Assembly: GCF_006345805.1 (NCBI RefSeq) | Contig: NC_043001.1 | Location: 28,582,001-28,646,000 of the forward strand | Reading direction: 5' to 3' | Source: Octopus sinensis | Taxonomy: Eukaryota | DNA: 64,000 nucleotides | Part shown: positions 26,722-38,507 of the stretch, one piece after another | How positions within the stretch are numbered: position 1 is the first letter of the stretch | Layout: every line of letters begins with the position of its first letter | Position numbers and translations under genes: made by a program | The notes under the pieces: model-generated | The model's database searches: none | What the model was told of the DNA's origin: nothing | The model's input: the letters and a program-made list of their open reading frames with translations, nothing else

Positions 26722-26998
26722 TTTAGATAGTTAGTTAGTTAGTTAGTTACTTTTTTGGCTCAAAAAGCAAAAAGCAAGGCCATGTAGGGGGACATGGAGT
26801 TATGTACAGGGTGGTGTTCATGTAAAGAGTTCAGGCCACTTGTGGTCAAGGGAGACTTTGAACCGAGCGGTCGTCGGCATCTTCACCATCTCTTCTGGCA
26901 GCTTATTCCACGGATCCGCAACCCAGACGGAGAATGCCCCTCTCCTTCGATTGAGATGAAATCGTCGCAGACAGAGCTTTTCGGAATGACCCCGGAAT
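26722..26998 (-). mobile_element. CR1 LINE 3' end with (TAAC)n tail
   Basis: Minus-strand translation RGHSEKLCLRRFHLNRRRGAFSVWVADPWNKLPEEMVKMPTTARFKVSLDHKWPELFT* matches the CR1 C-terminal RGH..KL / FS..V / WN.LP / FK..LD signature. The tail is at ~26728-26750. Confidence 0.88.
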
Positions 26999-27234
26999 GA
27001 TAGTATTGTTACAGTAGAGAACCAAATGCTGAGGAACAGTTAGGGGCTGAAATGGGGGAAAGATTGATGTTTTTAGTGGACTTAGGTGACAGAAGTGGTT
27101 TGCAACTAATGTTGAGGAACCAGAGGCTATTATATTAGTAACAAAATAGAGAGAGATTGAAGTGAATTGACACGTAAGCCTTTGCCAATTAGTCAAATTA
27201 CATGGATTTTTTTCTTGAGTTTATAATGTGGTCA

Positions 27235-27800
27235 GAGAGAGACAGACAGAAAAGAGTGAGAGAGCAAGAGAGAGTGAGAGGGAAAGAGAGTGAGAGGGCA
27301 ACAGAGAGAGTGAGAGGGCAACATAGAGAGTGAGAGGGCAACATAGAGAGTGAGAGGGCAACATAGAGAGTGAGAGAGCAACAGAGAGCGAGAGTGATAG
27401 GAAGAGAGAGCAAGACTGAAAGAGCACAAGAGAGTGAGAGCAAGAGAAAACAAGAGTGAGAGCAAGAGAAAACAAGAGTGAGAGCAAGAGAAGAAGAGCA
27501 AGAGAAGAAGAGCGAGAGCAAGAGAAGAAGAGCGAGAGCAAGAGAAGAAGAGCGAGAGCAAGAGAAGAAGAGCGAGAGCAAGAGAAGAAGAGCGAGAGCA
27601 AGAGAAGAAGAGCGAGAGCAAGAGAAGAAGAGCGAGAGCAAGGAAGAGCGAGAGCAAGGAAGAACAAGAACAAGGAAGAATGAGAGCAAGGAAGAGTGAG
27701 AGAGAGCAAGAACAAAAGCAAGAGAGTGAAAGCAAAGCAAGCAAGAGTGAAAGCAAAAGCAAGCAAGAGTGAGAGCAAGAGTGAAAGCAAAGCAAGCATG
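27235..27800. repeat. Purine-rich compound minisatellite with two 20-bp units
   Basis: (acatagagagtgagagggca)n at ~27290-27380 and (agagaagaagagcgagagca)n at ~27500-27640. Confidence 0.92.
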
Positions 27801-28715
27801 AGAAACAGACAGATAGGCAGGCAGGCTGCAACACTGTCCCAGATACAGTAGCTATATGTCTAAAGGCTCAGAGATTTGTGGTGCATTGCATTATCAAGGC
27901 TCGTTTGTAGGCAAGAAAACACTTCAGCAATGACCATCCAATCGCAATACCAGAAATAGGTGTATATTGAAATGAAATATTATTCAAATGTCCTTTTCTG
28001 AAGGCAGTAGAATATAATTTGAACGAGATTCAGCTGCTATTTTTAGCAGCTCAAGTGACCATATAAGTTTCTTCCTGGCTTAGTATATAAGAAAAACTGT
28101 AGCAACAATGTTAGTAACATAGATTGCAAAATTCCAGTGTCATCTAGGAAGTGGGCTTGGTTTGACATATATATAGGAAGGAAGTAAGGACTTGGTAATG
28201 TGTATGTGTGAAGTGCAAAGGGAATAATCATGCAAAAAAAAACAATGTAACATCGAGCAGGGAACCAGGACTTTATGCTAAAGGTAGAGAATAGTCAGTT
28301 GGGGAGACAATAAGAAAATGAACTTCCACCTATGTCACCGCATATCAAAAATTTTTCTTTCTCTTATCTTTGCTTCAGTCAATGGCCAGGCATCGAAAAT
28401 AAGTAATCAGGTCAATTTATTCAACCCCCCCCCCCCCAGTACTTACTGTTTTTTTCTTTTGTTTTTTTTTTTTAAAGTTAGGTACTTATTCTATCAGTCA
28501 CTTTTGCAGAACTGCTAAGTCATATGGATGTCAACAAACCAACACCAACTGTCAAGCAGGGGAGAGACAAACACAAACACAAGTATGTATGTATGTATGT
28601 ATGTATGTATATTATACACACACACACACACACAACGTTTGCATTTGTTTTCCCCACTGTTAAACACACATATATTTAATATAATCTGAGTAGTATCCTC
28701 ATAACATCCATTTAA

Positions 28716-28921
28716 CCCTTTCGTTATCAACCTGGCTGAAACCGCCTCTGGCTCTATAGTACAAATGTCTTGTTTTCATAAGTTTTGAATTAAAATCATC
28801 CACCAATTAGTCACAATTTATGTTCCTAACACTAGCTTAATGATATACTAAAGTCTTTGTTTTATTTAAAGTAATTGAAACAAACACAGAGCATCTCAAC
28901 AGAAACATGGTAACAAAAGGG
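28716..28921. mobile_element. piggyBac-type MITE family 1
   Basis: TTAA|ccctttcgttatca ... tggtaacaaaaggg|TTAA, about 206 bp. Confidence 0.85.
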
Positions 28922-29159
28922 TTAAGAGCTCATATGCCACATGTTTTTCTACAGTAGGGTATATTCCTGCGTCAGATACAGATGAGGAACTCCTCCATGC
29001 CTAAGATTAATATAAGAGTTATAATAACACAAGGATTAAAAATACCAGGCTTTCATAGTAAATCACAACATTTGTTTCTGCACCACACATCAGCCTTAAG
29101 TTGCTGTGCTTATATTCATATACAATTATAGAAGATCACTCTTTATAATTTACTCTAAT

Positions 29160-29575
29160 AGGCATAGGAGTGGTTGTGTGGTAAGTAGCTTGCTTACCAA
29201 CCACATGGTTCTGGGTTCAGTCCCACTGCGTGACACCTTGAGCAAGTGTCTTCTACTACAGCCTCGGGAGAACCAAAGCCTTGTGAGTGGATTTGGTAGA
29301 TGGAAATTGAAAGAAGCCCGTCGTATATATGTATATATATATATATGTATGTGTGCGTGTATGTTTGTGTGTCTGTGTTTGTCCCCCCAACATCGCTTGA
29401 CAACTGATGCTGGTGTGTTTACGTCCCCGTAACTTAGTGGTTTGGCAAAAAGACCGATAGAATAAGTACTGGGCTTACAAAGAATAAGTCCTGGGGTCAA
29501 TGTGCTCAACTAAAGGTGGTGCTACAGCATGGCCACAGTCAAATGACTGAAACTAGTAAAAGAGTAGAGAGAGAG
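29160..29575 (+). mobile_element. tRNA-derived SINE family A
   Basis: Full-length match to the family. Confidence 0.92.
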
Positions 29576-30213
29576 ACAAATATTTTTCAGCACCAATTTT
29601 TCAGGTTGAATACAATCAAGGACTGTGGAATTTTTCTGAATTCTCTAGGTATATGATGCCCATTACTCTTCCCCAATCAAATTATTAGGTTCCATTGGGG
29701 ACACAAGAACAAATAAGAAAGTAATATCACAATAACAGCACCACCAACAAGAAGAATAATGGCAACCTTCATGGTACCCATAGCAGCAAGATAAAAATAA
29801 AAAAATATAAAATATTTTTTCCTTACCACTTTCAGTATCATGAAGGTTGCCTTTATTCTGTTGTGTTAGTGAAACTAAGTGGCTGGAAGGCCAAAGCCAG
29901 CTTTTCAACCACAAACCCACCCGTGTTTTCCCTTCTGCCTCTTTTTTGTTTATATATATTTTTTTTTTTATTTTTATAATCACAAGAGTAAAATGAGTTT
30001 GAAGTAGAGTTTCAGGAAGCTACTGTTGCTATTACCAACAAGGATTTCTTTCTTTGTGTAAGAGACAGACACTGTAGTAAGTGTTTAACAAGATTGTTAT
30101 TTATTAGATCGTAGCAAGAAATGAGCACTGCACAAGTATGAAAGACCGGCCAAATCTGGAGGGAAATAAAACCAGGCAGCTGTGAAACATTGCATGGATA
30201 TGATATAATATAA

Positions 30214-30852
30214 TACTCTTTACTCTCTTTTACTCGTTTCAGTCATTTGACTGTGGCCATGCTGGAGCACTGCCTCCAGTCGAGCAAATCGACCCCATGA
30301 CTTATTCTTTGTAAGCCTAGTACTTATTCTATCGGTCACTTTTGCTGAACCACTGAGTGACGGGGACGTAAACACGCCAACATTGGTTGTCAAGCGATGT
30401 TGGGGGGACAAACACAGACACACAAACATATACATACACACATACATCATCATCATCATCGTTTAACGTCCGTTTTCCGCGCTAGCACGGGTTGGACGGT
30501 TCAACCGGGGATCTGGGAAGCCAGGAGGTGCACCAGGCTCCAGTCTGATCTAGCAGTGTTTCTACAGCTGGATGCCCTTCCTAACGCCAACCACTCTGTG
30601 AATGTAGTAGGTGCTTTTTACATGCCAGGGGAGGCTGGCATTGGCCACGATCAGTTGGTGCTTTTTACATGCCACCAGCACAGGTTGCAACGATGGGTTT
30701 CTTTCAGTTTCCATCTACCAAATCCACTCATAAGGCTTTGGTCAGTCAAAGGCTATAGTAGAAGACACTTGCCCAAGGTACCACGCAGTGGGACTGAACC
30801 TGCAAACCATGTGGTTCGTAAGCAAGCTACTTACCACACAGCCACTCTTACG
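30214..30852 (-). mobile_element. SINE family A interrupted in its microsatellite by an RTE 3' fragment (~30445-30690, -)
   Basis: SINE 3' half, then (CAT)n cgtttaacgtcc..., then SINE 5' half. Confidence 0.88.
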
Positions 30853-31032
30853 CCTATGATGCTAACTTTCATGAAAGTTGAGCTCAAGAGAAGGACTTGA
30901 CACTAACCCTTTTGATTCCAACCTGCCCAAAACTACTCTTGATTACATGGTACAAACTTCCAAACATTAATATAAGGTGATTTAATAACAGCAAGGTTAT
31001 TCTATTAATGTTGACTGCTTTTATTTAATGTT

Positions 31033-31207
31033 ATCATCATCATCATCATCGTTTAACATCCGTTTTCCATGCTAGCATGGGTTGGACGGTTCAACTGGGG
31101 TCTGGGAAGCCAGAAGGCTGTGCCAGGCCCAGTCTGATCTGGCAGTATTTCTACAGCTGGATGCGTTAGGAAGGGCATCCAGCTGTAGAAACACTGCCAG
31201 ATCAGAC
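31033..31207 (-). mobile_element. RTE 3' fragment with fold-back 5' inversion
   Basis: 31132-31164 and 31175-31207 are 33-bp inverted copies with 1 mismatch. Confidence 0.85.
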
Positions 31208-31274
31208 AGCAATATATAGAAATAGGAATGAAATATCAGAATAAGAGATTGTTGTACAGGATGGTACGTGAGAG

Positions 31275-31510
31275 AGGCGGTGAGCTGGCAGAAACGTTAG
31301 CACGCCGGGCGAAATGCTTAGCGGTATTTCGTCTGCCATTATGTTATGAGTTCAAATTCCGCCGAGGTCGACTTTGCCTTTCATCCTTTCGGGGTCAATA
31401 AATTAAGTACCAGTTACGCACTGGGGTCGATGTAATTGACTTAATACCTATGTCTGTCCTTGTTTGTCCCCTCTGTGTTTAGCCCCTTGTGGGTAATAAA
31501 GAAATAGGTA
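31275..31510 (+). mobile_element. tRNA-derived SINE family B, young full-length copy
   Basis: aggcggtgagctggcagaaacgttagc...gagttcaaattcc...tttcatcctttcggggtc...taaagaaatagg, flanked on both sides by ggtacgtgagagag (TSD-like). Confidence 0.9.
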
Positions 31511-32112
31511 CGTGAGAGAGAGAGAGAAGTGGAATTTATTCATAGTGAATTAAATATGAGTAAAAATCAGAGGGAATAGCTATAAAGATTTGTTGGAGAA
31601 ATATTAAAACGGAGGAAACAGTATAGTCTTGCAGAGATGCTGAAATCTTGATTCATCTTGGTGTTGTTTTTGCTAATCTACAAACAAGATTGAGCAGGAT
31701 GTTGTGTCAAAAGAGATAAGCAAATGAGATGCAATACTAAGAGCCTTTCAATAATATTCCAAGAAATGAAGGTGAGAGGATAAAAAGAAAACAACAACAA
31801 AAACAGCAAATGTAGCGTAGTATAGATTGAAGCTGGATGAGTTAACTGTAATTGTGTGTTGTGTTAGATCAAGGTCCTTCTAATACAATATTATTACAGG
31901 AAAATAATTCTCTCCTACAGGCACAAGGGCTGAAATTCTAACCCTAGTGCTTAACTGGTATTTATTTTGTTAATCCTGAAAGAACGAGAGGTCAAGTCAA
32001 CCTCAGTAGAATTTGAACTCAATGTAAAGCTAGACAAAATGCCTCTAAGCATTTTTGTCCAGCATGCTAATGATTCTTCCAGCTCACAAGAATTTAATAC
32101 AAATGAATATAC

Positions 32113-32287
32113 GAGGCACAGGAGTGGCTGTGTGGTAAGTAGCTTGCTTACCAACCACATGGTCCCGGGTTCAGTCCCACTGTGTGGCACCTTGGGCAAG
32201 TGTCTTCTACTATAGCCTCGGGCCAACCAAAGCCTTGTGAGTGGATTTTGTAGATGGAAACTGGAAGAAGCCTGTCATATATGTATG

Positions 32288-32324
<37 letters not shown>

Positions 32325-32509
32325 ATGCCCCCTCCCCCAGCATCGCTTGACAACTGATGCTGGTGTGATTACATCCCCAGCAAAAGAACCGATAGAATAA
32401 GTACTAGACTTACAAAGAATAAGCTCTGGGGACAATTTGCTCAACTATAAAGGTGATGCTCCAGCATGGCCGCAGTCAAATGACTGAAACAAGTAAAAGA
32501 CTAAAAGAC
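32113..32509 (+). mobile_element. tRNA-derived SINE family A
   Basis: Family A motifs are present. Confidence 0.9.
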
Positions 32510-33013
32510 GCCAACACACCAAGACACATTCCCTATAAAATAGGTAAATGGAAGCAGCAAATTTACTTACTTTTACTGCTCTTCTTAGAATAATTACTTG
32601 ATATCAATACATCAAGTCAAAACGTAGGTTAGTATTGCAAGTCAATAACAGAACCCTATAAGTGGTTGCTCAAGCTGCCATAAATAGCAATCAAATCCCC
32701 CACAAATCACATTCTAATGTCTTAAAACAGAAAGGATATCAGTGATCAGCTGATATGCTATAAATAGTAGACATGTCTTCCAAATCATGCCCTACCATCT
32801 TAAAATGAAGTAGTGACACATGGAAAAATATAGTCCTAGATATACAGTGGATAAAAAAGATATACAATGGATGAAAGAATAGGCTGAAACACCTTTGATC
32901 AATAATCCTGACAGCTAATAGTATAACAATAACAAATTAATATGATTCCATCAACAATTGGAGGTTTTTTGCAGGTAAATTATACAAAAAGACGCTTTTA
33001 AAAACAATTAGTT

Positions 33014-33066
33014 TTGGGGAAATTTCGAACTTGGGTTCTCATTCCTAAGGTATTTTTCAATGTTAC

Positions 33067-33102
<36 letters not shown>

Positions 33103-33425
33103 GGTCACTGCCTGGAATTGAACTCGGAATCTTGGGGTTAATAGCACATGCTCTTAACCACTACGCCATATGTGTGCATATAGCGTAGTGGTTAAGAGTG
33201 CAGGCTACTAATCCCAATATTCTGAGTTCGATTCCAAGCAGTGGCCTGAATAATAATAATAGTAATAAGGCGGTGAAGGAGGAGGAGGTGGAGAAGAAGA
33301 AGGAGGAGGAGGACGACAACAACAACGACGAAAAATACCTTAGGAATGAGAACCCAGGTTCGAAATTTTCCCAAGAGACCTGATGAAGGCTGGAGTATAT
33401 ATCAACCAAAATGTTGTGCTAACAA
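33014..33425. mobile_element. Head-to-head inverted pair of a tRNA-headed, hammerhead-like retroposon (family E)
   Basis: Palindrome centred at ~33174. The right arm has A-box TAGCGTAGTGG, B-box GAGTTCGATTC, (AAT)n, and CTGATGA at 33380-33386. Confidence 0.75.
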
Positions 33426-33985
33426 TAGTTTATTTCTACAGCATTCTCAAGATCGCAGAAATAATTAATTATAAAATTTGATGAGTAATGGATGAAATTT
33501 CAACAAGTTTTGTACAACTTTCTAAACTAGTATCGGCAGATCAAGTTTACATAACCATCCTATCTCTATTAAAAATGTCCTACATTTTGTATTGTTTCCT
33601 CTATCAATTTAGAGTAACATTTTGTGTGTGAATTTTTTTTTTGGCTTTTTTTTACAATAACTTGCAAAAGAATGGCTATACACCCTACTACATTGAAAAC
33701 ACTTGTTTTTGTTTGATCATTGAAGTTAATTAATGCTGAGCCTAGTTAGTAATTAGCTAAATGACCACTTTAGAAACTAGATACTGTAAGCAAAATGTTT
33801 AGTGCCCCAGCATGTCTACAGCTTTTGGGATGGAACATATCAAGGAATAAAGGGATAACTATAAAAGTAAACCTAATTAAATTGTCTGAAAGGTAGTGAA
33901 AAATATTTTTACACGTCATCCCTTTAGTTATCACAGATATATTCAGATCATAAATTAACATAAATTATGTTGTTTTTTTTATATA

Positions 33986-34498
33986 CCATAAATCCTCGAG
34001 TATAAATCGTAATTTTTTTCCCAAAATTTAAAGGTCAAAATCCCTAGTGCATACTATATACAAGATTAAAAATGAAAATTATTTTCTAAACAATGTCCGA
34101 GTCTCTATTTGCTGTTTGGCAATGTTTATTCAGACACAATTTGTGATGCCGGGCGTGAATTTAACTTCAGCTAAGCCTAAAAGCAATGAAGTCATAAAAG
34201 AATCATCCATAACTTGCAGTAAGCAACATTTATTAAACGTTATCACTGTTATTTCTTTATTTTCTGCAAACAAAATGCACAAAAAAGCTACACATTTGCA
34301 TTATGTTATATATACAATAATAATAAAGGACATTACCATATACATTTTTATAAACCAAGGACATTATATAGACCTCCTTGACTTAAGTTAGAGAAGGGGT
34401 GCATATTATACACAAGGTTTAGGTTTTTCAGAGGTACAGCCCCCTAAAAATCCCCTGCTTATTATACTCAAGGGCGGACTATACTCGAGGATTTACAG
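33986..34498. mobile_element. Non-autonomous Tc1/mariner-superfamily (Tc2/pogo-like) DNA element
   Basis: 19-bp TIRs ccataaatcctcgagtata / tatactcgaggatttacag (2 mismatches), flanked by TA on both sides, with no transposase ORF. Confidence 0.8.
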
Positions 34499-34589
34499 TA
34501 TATATTCAGTATAAATAATTATATTTATTTACGTAAAAAAGAATAGGCAAAATGACTGAATCTCCAGTAAATTACTGAACAATCAACTT

Positions 34590-35345
34590 ATCATTGTCAT
34601 CATCATCATTCAGTATCCGTTGTCCATGCTGGCATGAGTTGGATGGTTTGATCAGGCCTGGTAAGTTGAGGGGCTGCACCAGACTCCAATCTGATTTGGC
34701 ATGGTTTCCATAGCTGGATGCCCTTCCTAACGCCAACCACTCTGAGAGTGTAATGGGTGCTTCTACACGTCACCGGCACAGATGCCAGCTGCATGACACC
34801 AGTATCTGCCACAATTATAATTACATTTGGCTTGATGGGCCTTTTCAAGCACTGTATATTGCTAAAGGTTTTGGTCATTTGCCATTTCCTCCACGAGGCC
34901 CAGCACTTGAAAGATGCTTTTTATGTGCCACCAGCATGGTTGCTAGTTCTGCAACACCGGCATTGGCCACATTGCCTCTCTGAGGCCCAACACTCAAAAA
35001 GTGCTTCATACATGCCACTGGCACAGGTACCAGTTATGGGACACTGACAATGGCCACAACTATGATTCTACTAGGCTTGATGGGTCTTCTCAAGCACAGC
35101 ATATAACCAAAGGTCTTGGTCACTAATCATTGCCTCCATGAGGCCCAACGTTTGAAAATCATACTTCACTACCTCGTCTCATGTCTTCCTGGGTCTCTCT
35201 CTTCCATAGCTTCCTTCCACTGTTAGGGTGTGACACTTCTTCATACAGTTGTCTACATCCATACACAACACATGACCACACCAACACAGTCATCTCTCTT
35301 GCACACCACATCTGATGCCTCTTGTGCCCAACTTTGCTCTCAACT
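34590..35345 (-). mobile_element. Older RTE LINE 3' fragment including the end of the RT ORF
   Basis: (CAT)n tail and UTR modules. Around 35100-35345 the sequence is homologous to 20750-21010 (RPRKT region). Confidence 0.8.
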
Positions 35346-35987
35346 CATGGATAATAAGTTCAGATATTACTCTGTTTAGTTCAACTTGTTTGTTGGTAAC
35401 ACACTATATTTATAATTGCTTCATTTCAATTGGTTGCCCTTTTCTGCTTGTTCATTTGTTCTTTTTTTTTTTTTTTACAAAGTAGAGAACCTAGCTTTAT
35501 TTTTTTTTGTACATTACAAGGAATATCGTTCCATCAGCAGATGGGTGAGAAATCAAAACAATAAGTCTGTTGATGCTAATAGGGTGAAGTTTCCAGATTA
35601 ATAAATGGTATAAATATAGGTGGGCTTCTAACACATTTACACTGTTTGACATCATTTACTATTAAGAGAGTTAGCTGTTCTTCAACATCATCATCATCAT
35701 CATCACCATCAGTTGCAAAAACAATTTCTGTAGGTACAGATAATCTATGTTGGTCATAGGCTAAGTTAAGTTAAACAAGTACATTTATTTAGCAAAATGT
35801 TGTGCACTAGAAAAATTCAAGCTCTAATAACTATTTTAAGGTAGATCCAATCGTAAACAAGACATATATATTTGTAACATTTAGCTGAAGTATTTACAAA
35901 GTAAAAATAACCCTAACAGAACAATTTTGGCTTATCACAGCATACATTATAAATAATTTACCGATATATATATATAATATATATATA

Positions 35988-36554
35988 TTGGGTTGTCCGG
36001 AAAGTTCATGCCGATTTTTAAAGGAAAGAAAAAGGTCAATAAATACTTGCCATTACATTTTTAATCAACCAAATATGAACCATTTTGCTGCACAATGCAT
36101 CTCCATCTTTCCTTTAACTTGAAAATACCCTCTTTCCAGAATTGAGGGGGTTTCATGGTAAAGAATTCATCGAAATATCTCTGTACGTCATCCACAGAAT
36201 TGAAATTTTTTACCATTAAGACTATTCTGCAGAGACGTGAATAAGTGGAAATCTGAAGGAGCAGTATCTGGTGAATATGGAGGGTGGGGTAACATATCCC
36301 AGCCGAGCTGCAGCAATTTTTGTATGGTTCCTAAAGCATCAAGTGCCGAAAATGAACTTTCTTATCTTCCATTTTAAAGGGTTACAAAATTAACAGAGGT
36401 TATAGGAACATAAACCTTCTTCCACGAAAAGATAGTTTAAACTGTGCTCAAAATGGAGATGTAGTCAAATCCTATTTTATGGACTCAACCATGTTTTAAA
36501 ATAAGTCGAAAGGTAAGCTACTATAAATCGGCATGAACTTTCCGGACAACCCAA
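35988..36554 (-). mobile_element. Internally deleted mariner transposon
   Basis: Perfect 30-bp TIRs ttgggttgtccggaaagttcatgccgattt flanked by TA. The minus strand reads MEDKKVHFRHLML from 36372, fused out of frame to QKLLQLGWDMLPHPPYSPDTAPSDFHLF...ERWRCIVQQNGSYLVD*, which carries the mariner YSPDLAPSD-type motif. Confidence 0.95.
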
Positions 36555-36999
36555 TACATTAAAGAATATTTTATCAATAAGATAACTGGCACTCCTTCGG
36601 TTACGATGACAAGAGTTCCAGTTGATCTGATCAACGGAACAGCCTGCTCATAAAATTAATATGAATATGGCTGAGTACTCCACAGACATGTGTACCTTTA
36701 ATGTAGTTCTCAGGGATATTCAGCATGACACACAGTGTGACAAAGCTGGACCTTGTGAGTTACAGGTACTACTCATCTTTGCCAGCTGAGTGGACTGGAA
36801 CAACATAAAATAAAGTGCTTTGCTCAAGAACTCAGCGCATTGCCAGGAATTGAACTCATGACCTTACAATTGTAAGCCAAACACCCTAACCATTAAGCCA
36901 TGCACCTTCACATTTGTCAATATAATGATACACCAAATAATATTTTATCAAAAAGATAATACTTTTAAAAAAGGCTACAGTGACCACTGAAGAGATTAA

Positions 37000-37204
37000 C
37001 CCTTTCACATTAAAACCAGCCATATCAGGCCCAAATATTTACTTGTTTTGTGTTGAAGCTGACCAGATCAGGCCTCTTACAACTACCCTGCAATGTCAAA
37101 TGAATGCTTCATCGAAATTTCAAAGCATGTTAACATATGATTAATTCAAAACAGAGTGAATAAATAAGCATTACATTTGACATGATAATCTGAATGGTAA
37201 AGGG
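37000..37204. mobile_element. piggyBac-type MITE family 2
   Basis: TTAA|ccctttcacatt ... aatggtaaaggg|TTAA. Relatives at 57359-57578, ~53535-53910 and ~58685-59270 (the last split by a SINE A). Confidence 0.75.
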
Positions 37205-37209
37205 TTAAA

Positions 37210-37545
37210 GTGTGAAGGTGCATGGCTCAGTGGTTAGAGCCTTAGGCTCACAATTATGAGGTAGTGAGTTCAATTCCCAGACTAGGCTGTGTGTCATGTT
37301 CTTGAGCAAGACACTTTATTTTACATTGCTCAGCTTTTACTCAGCTGTAGAAATTAGTTGTGACATCATTGGTGCCAAGCTGTATTGGTCTTTGCCTTTC
37401 CCTTGGCATGGAATTAGTAGTCTGGTATGCATGGGCAACTACTGGTCTTCCATTAACAACTTTGCCTGAACTTGTGCCTCAGTGAATAACTTTCTAGGTG
37501 CAATCCCATGGTCATTCATGACCAAAGGGAGTCTTTACCAAAGGG
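37210..37545 (+). mobile_element. tRNA-derived SINE family C
   Basis: A-box TGGCTCAGTGG, B-box GAGTTCAATTC, and cttgagcaagacacttt. Confidence 0.82.
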
Positions 37546-38262
37546 TTTAAAGTGCTAAGCTCCTATCATACCAAATTTACAACCCAGTTTCTTTCATTGA
37601 CCACAGGCCAACAAAACCCACTCATAAGATTTTGACTGCTCTAAGGATATTAGTAAAAAAAAAAATTCTTGCCCAAGGCGCAAGAATTGAACCTGAAACC
37701 ACATGGTTGGTAACCAAACTTCTTGACCACATAAGCTAAACCTGCACCTGTAATTTCAAGTGTGTGTGTGTTCCTTTCAACTATGAAATCTAAGACATTG
37801 TAAATTTAAGAAATCAATAATGACTCAACTGAGTTGAAAATTAATCCATGCAAACAGAATTCCATTGTGTTGTAGCTGTAATTAAGTAAATAAATCATTG
37901 TTTGGTTAAGGTACTGAACTATTTATTGATGTAAGGTTCTGGGAATAAACCTGGTTTATCTCAAGTTTAGTTACATCACTAGGTGCAAACTACTTTTGTT
38001 AAACTGGTCAAATTTTAAATTTAAATCTTGGGGTTGAAATCTCATTACACTAAAAAAAAATGATTTAAATAGGTAATTTTATTAATTTGAAAGTTATTTC
38101 ACTAAACATCTTGTAATTCTTGATTATTTTAAAAATTCAAATACGAAGGCAAAAAGTATTCCTGTTAAAAATATAGTCAACAAAAGGATTAATAATCAAT
38201 TCTTGTTTCGTTTTTGGATTTGGTTTGCAAGATTCTTTATATGAGTTCGTGTGTTGAAGCAT

Positions 38263-38507
38263 ATTCTGTTGTGTCTGGGGAGAGTCATTTTCCTTTTGTG
38301 CCTTACAATGTAACACACTCACCGGTAAAATTTTCACTTATTTCTTATTTTTATTTTCCTAAAATTTTCAATAGTCTTGAAAAGGTTGCAAGACGCAACG
38401 AAAATCTTAGGAAAATAAAAATAAGAAATAAGTGGAAATTTTACCGGTGAGTGATTTACATTTGTAAGGCACAAAAAGAAAATGACTCTCCCCAGACACA
38501 ACAGAAT
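38263..38507. repeat. Long fold-back palindrome with ~107-bp arms and 30-nt loop
   Basis: 38263-38369 is the reverse complement of 38400-38507 with few mismatches. Confidence 0.93.

Noticed and set aside
27198-27834. Long ORFs (180-200 aa) in several frames
   Set aside because: They are translations of a stop-free purine minisatellite and are low complexity in all frames.
33176-33250. tRNA gene candidates (also SINE A, B and C heads)
   Set aside because: A and B boxes are present but acceptor and T stems are incomplete, and each continues into a repeat body. They are retroposon heads.
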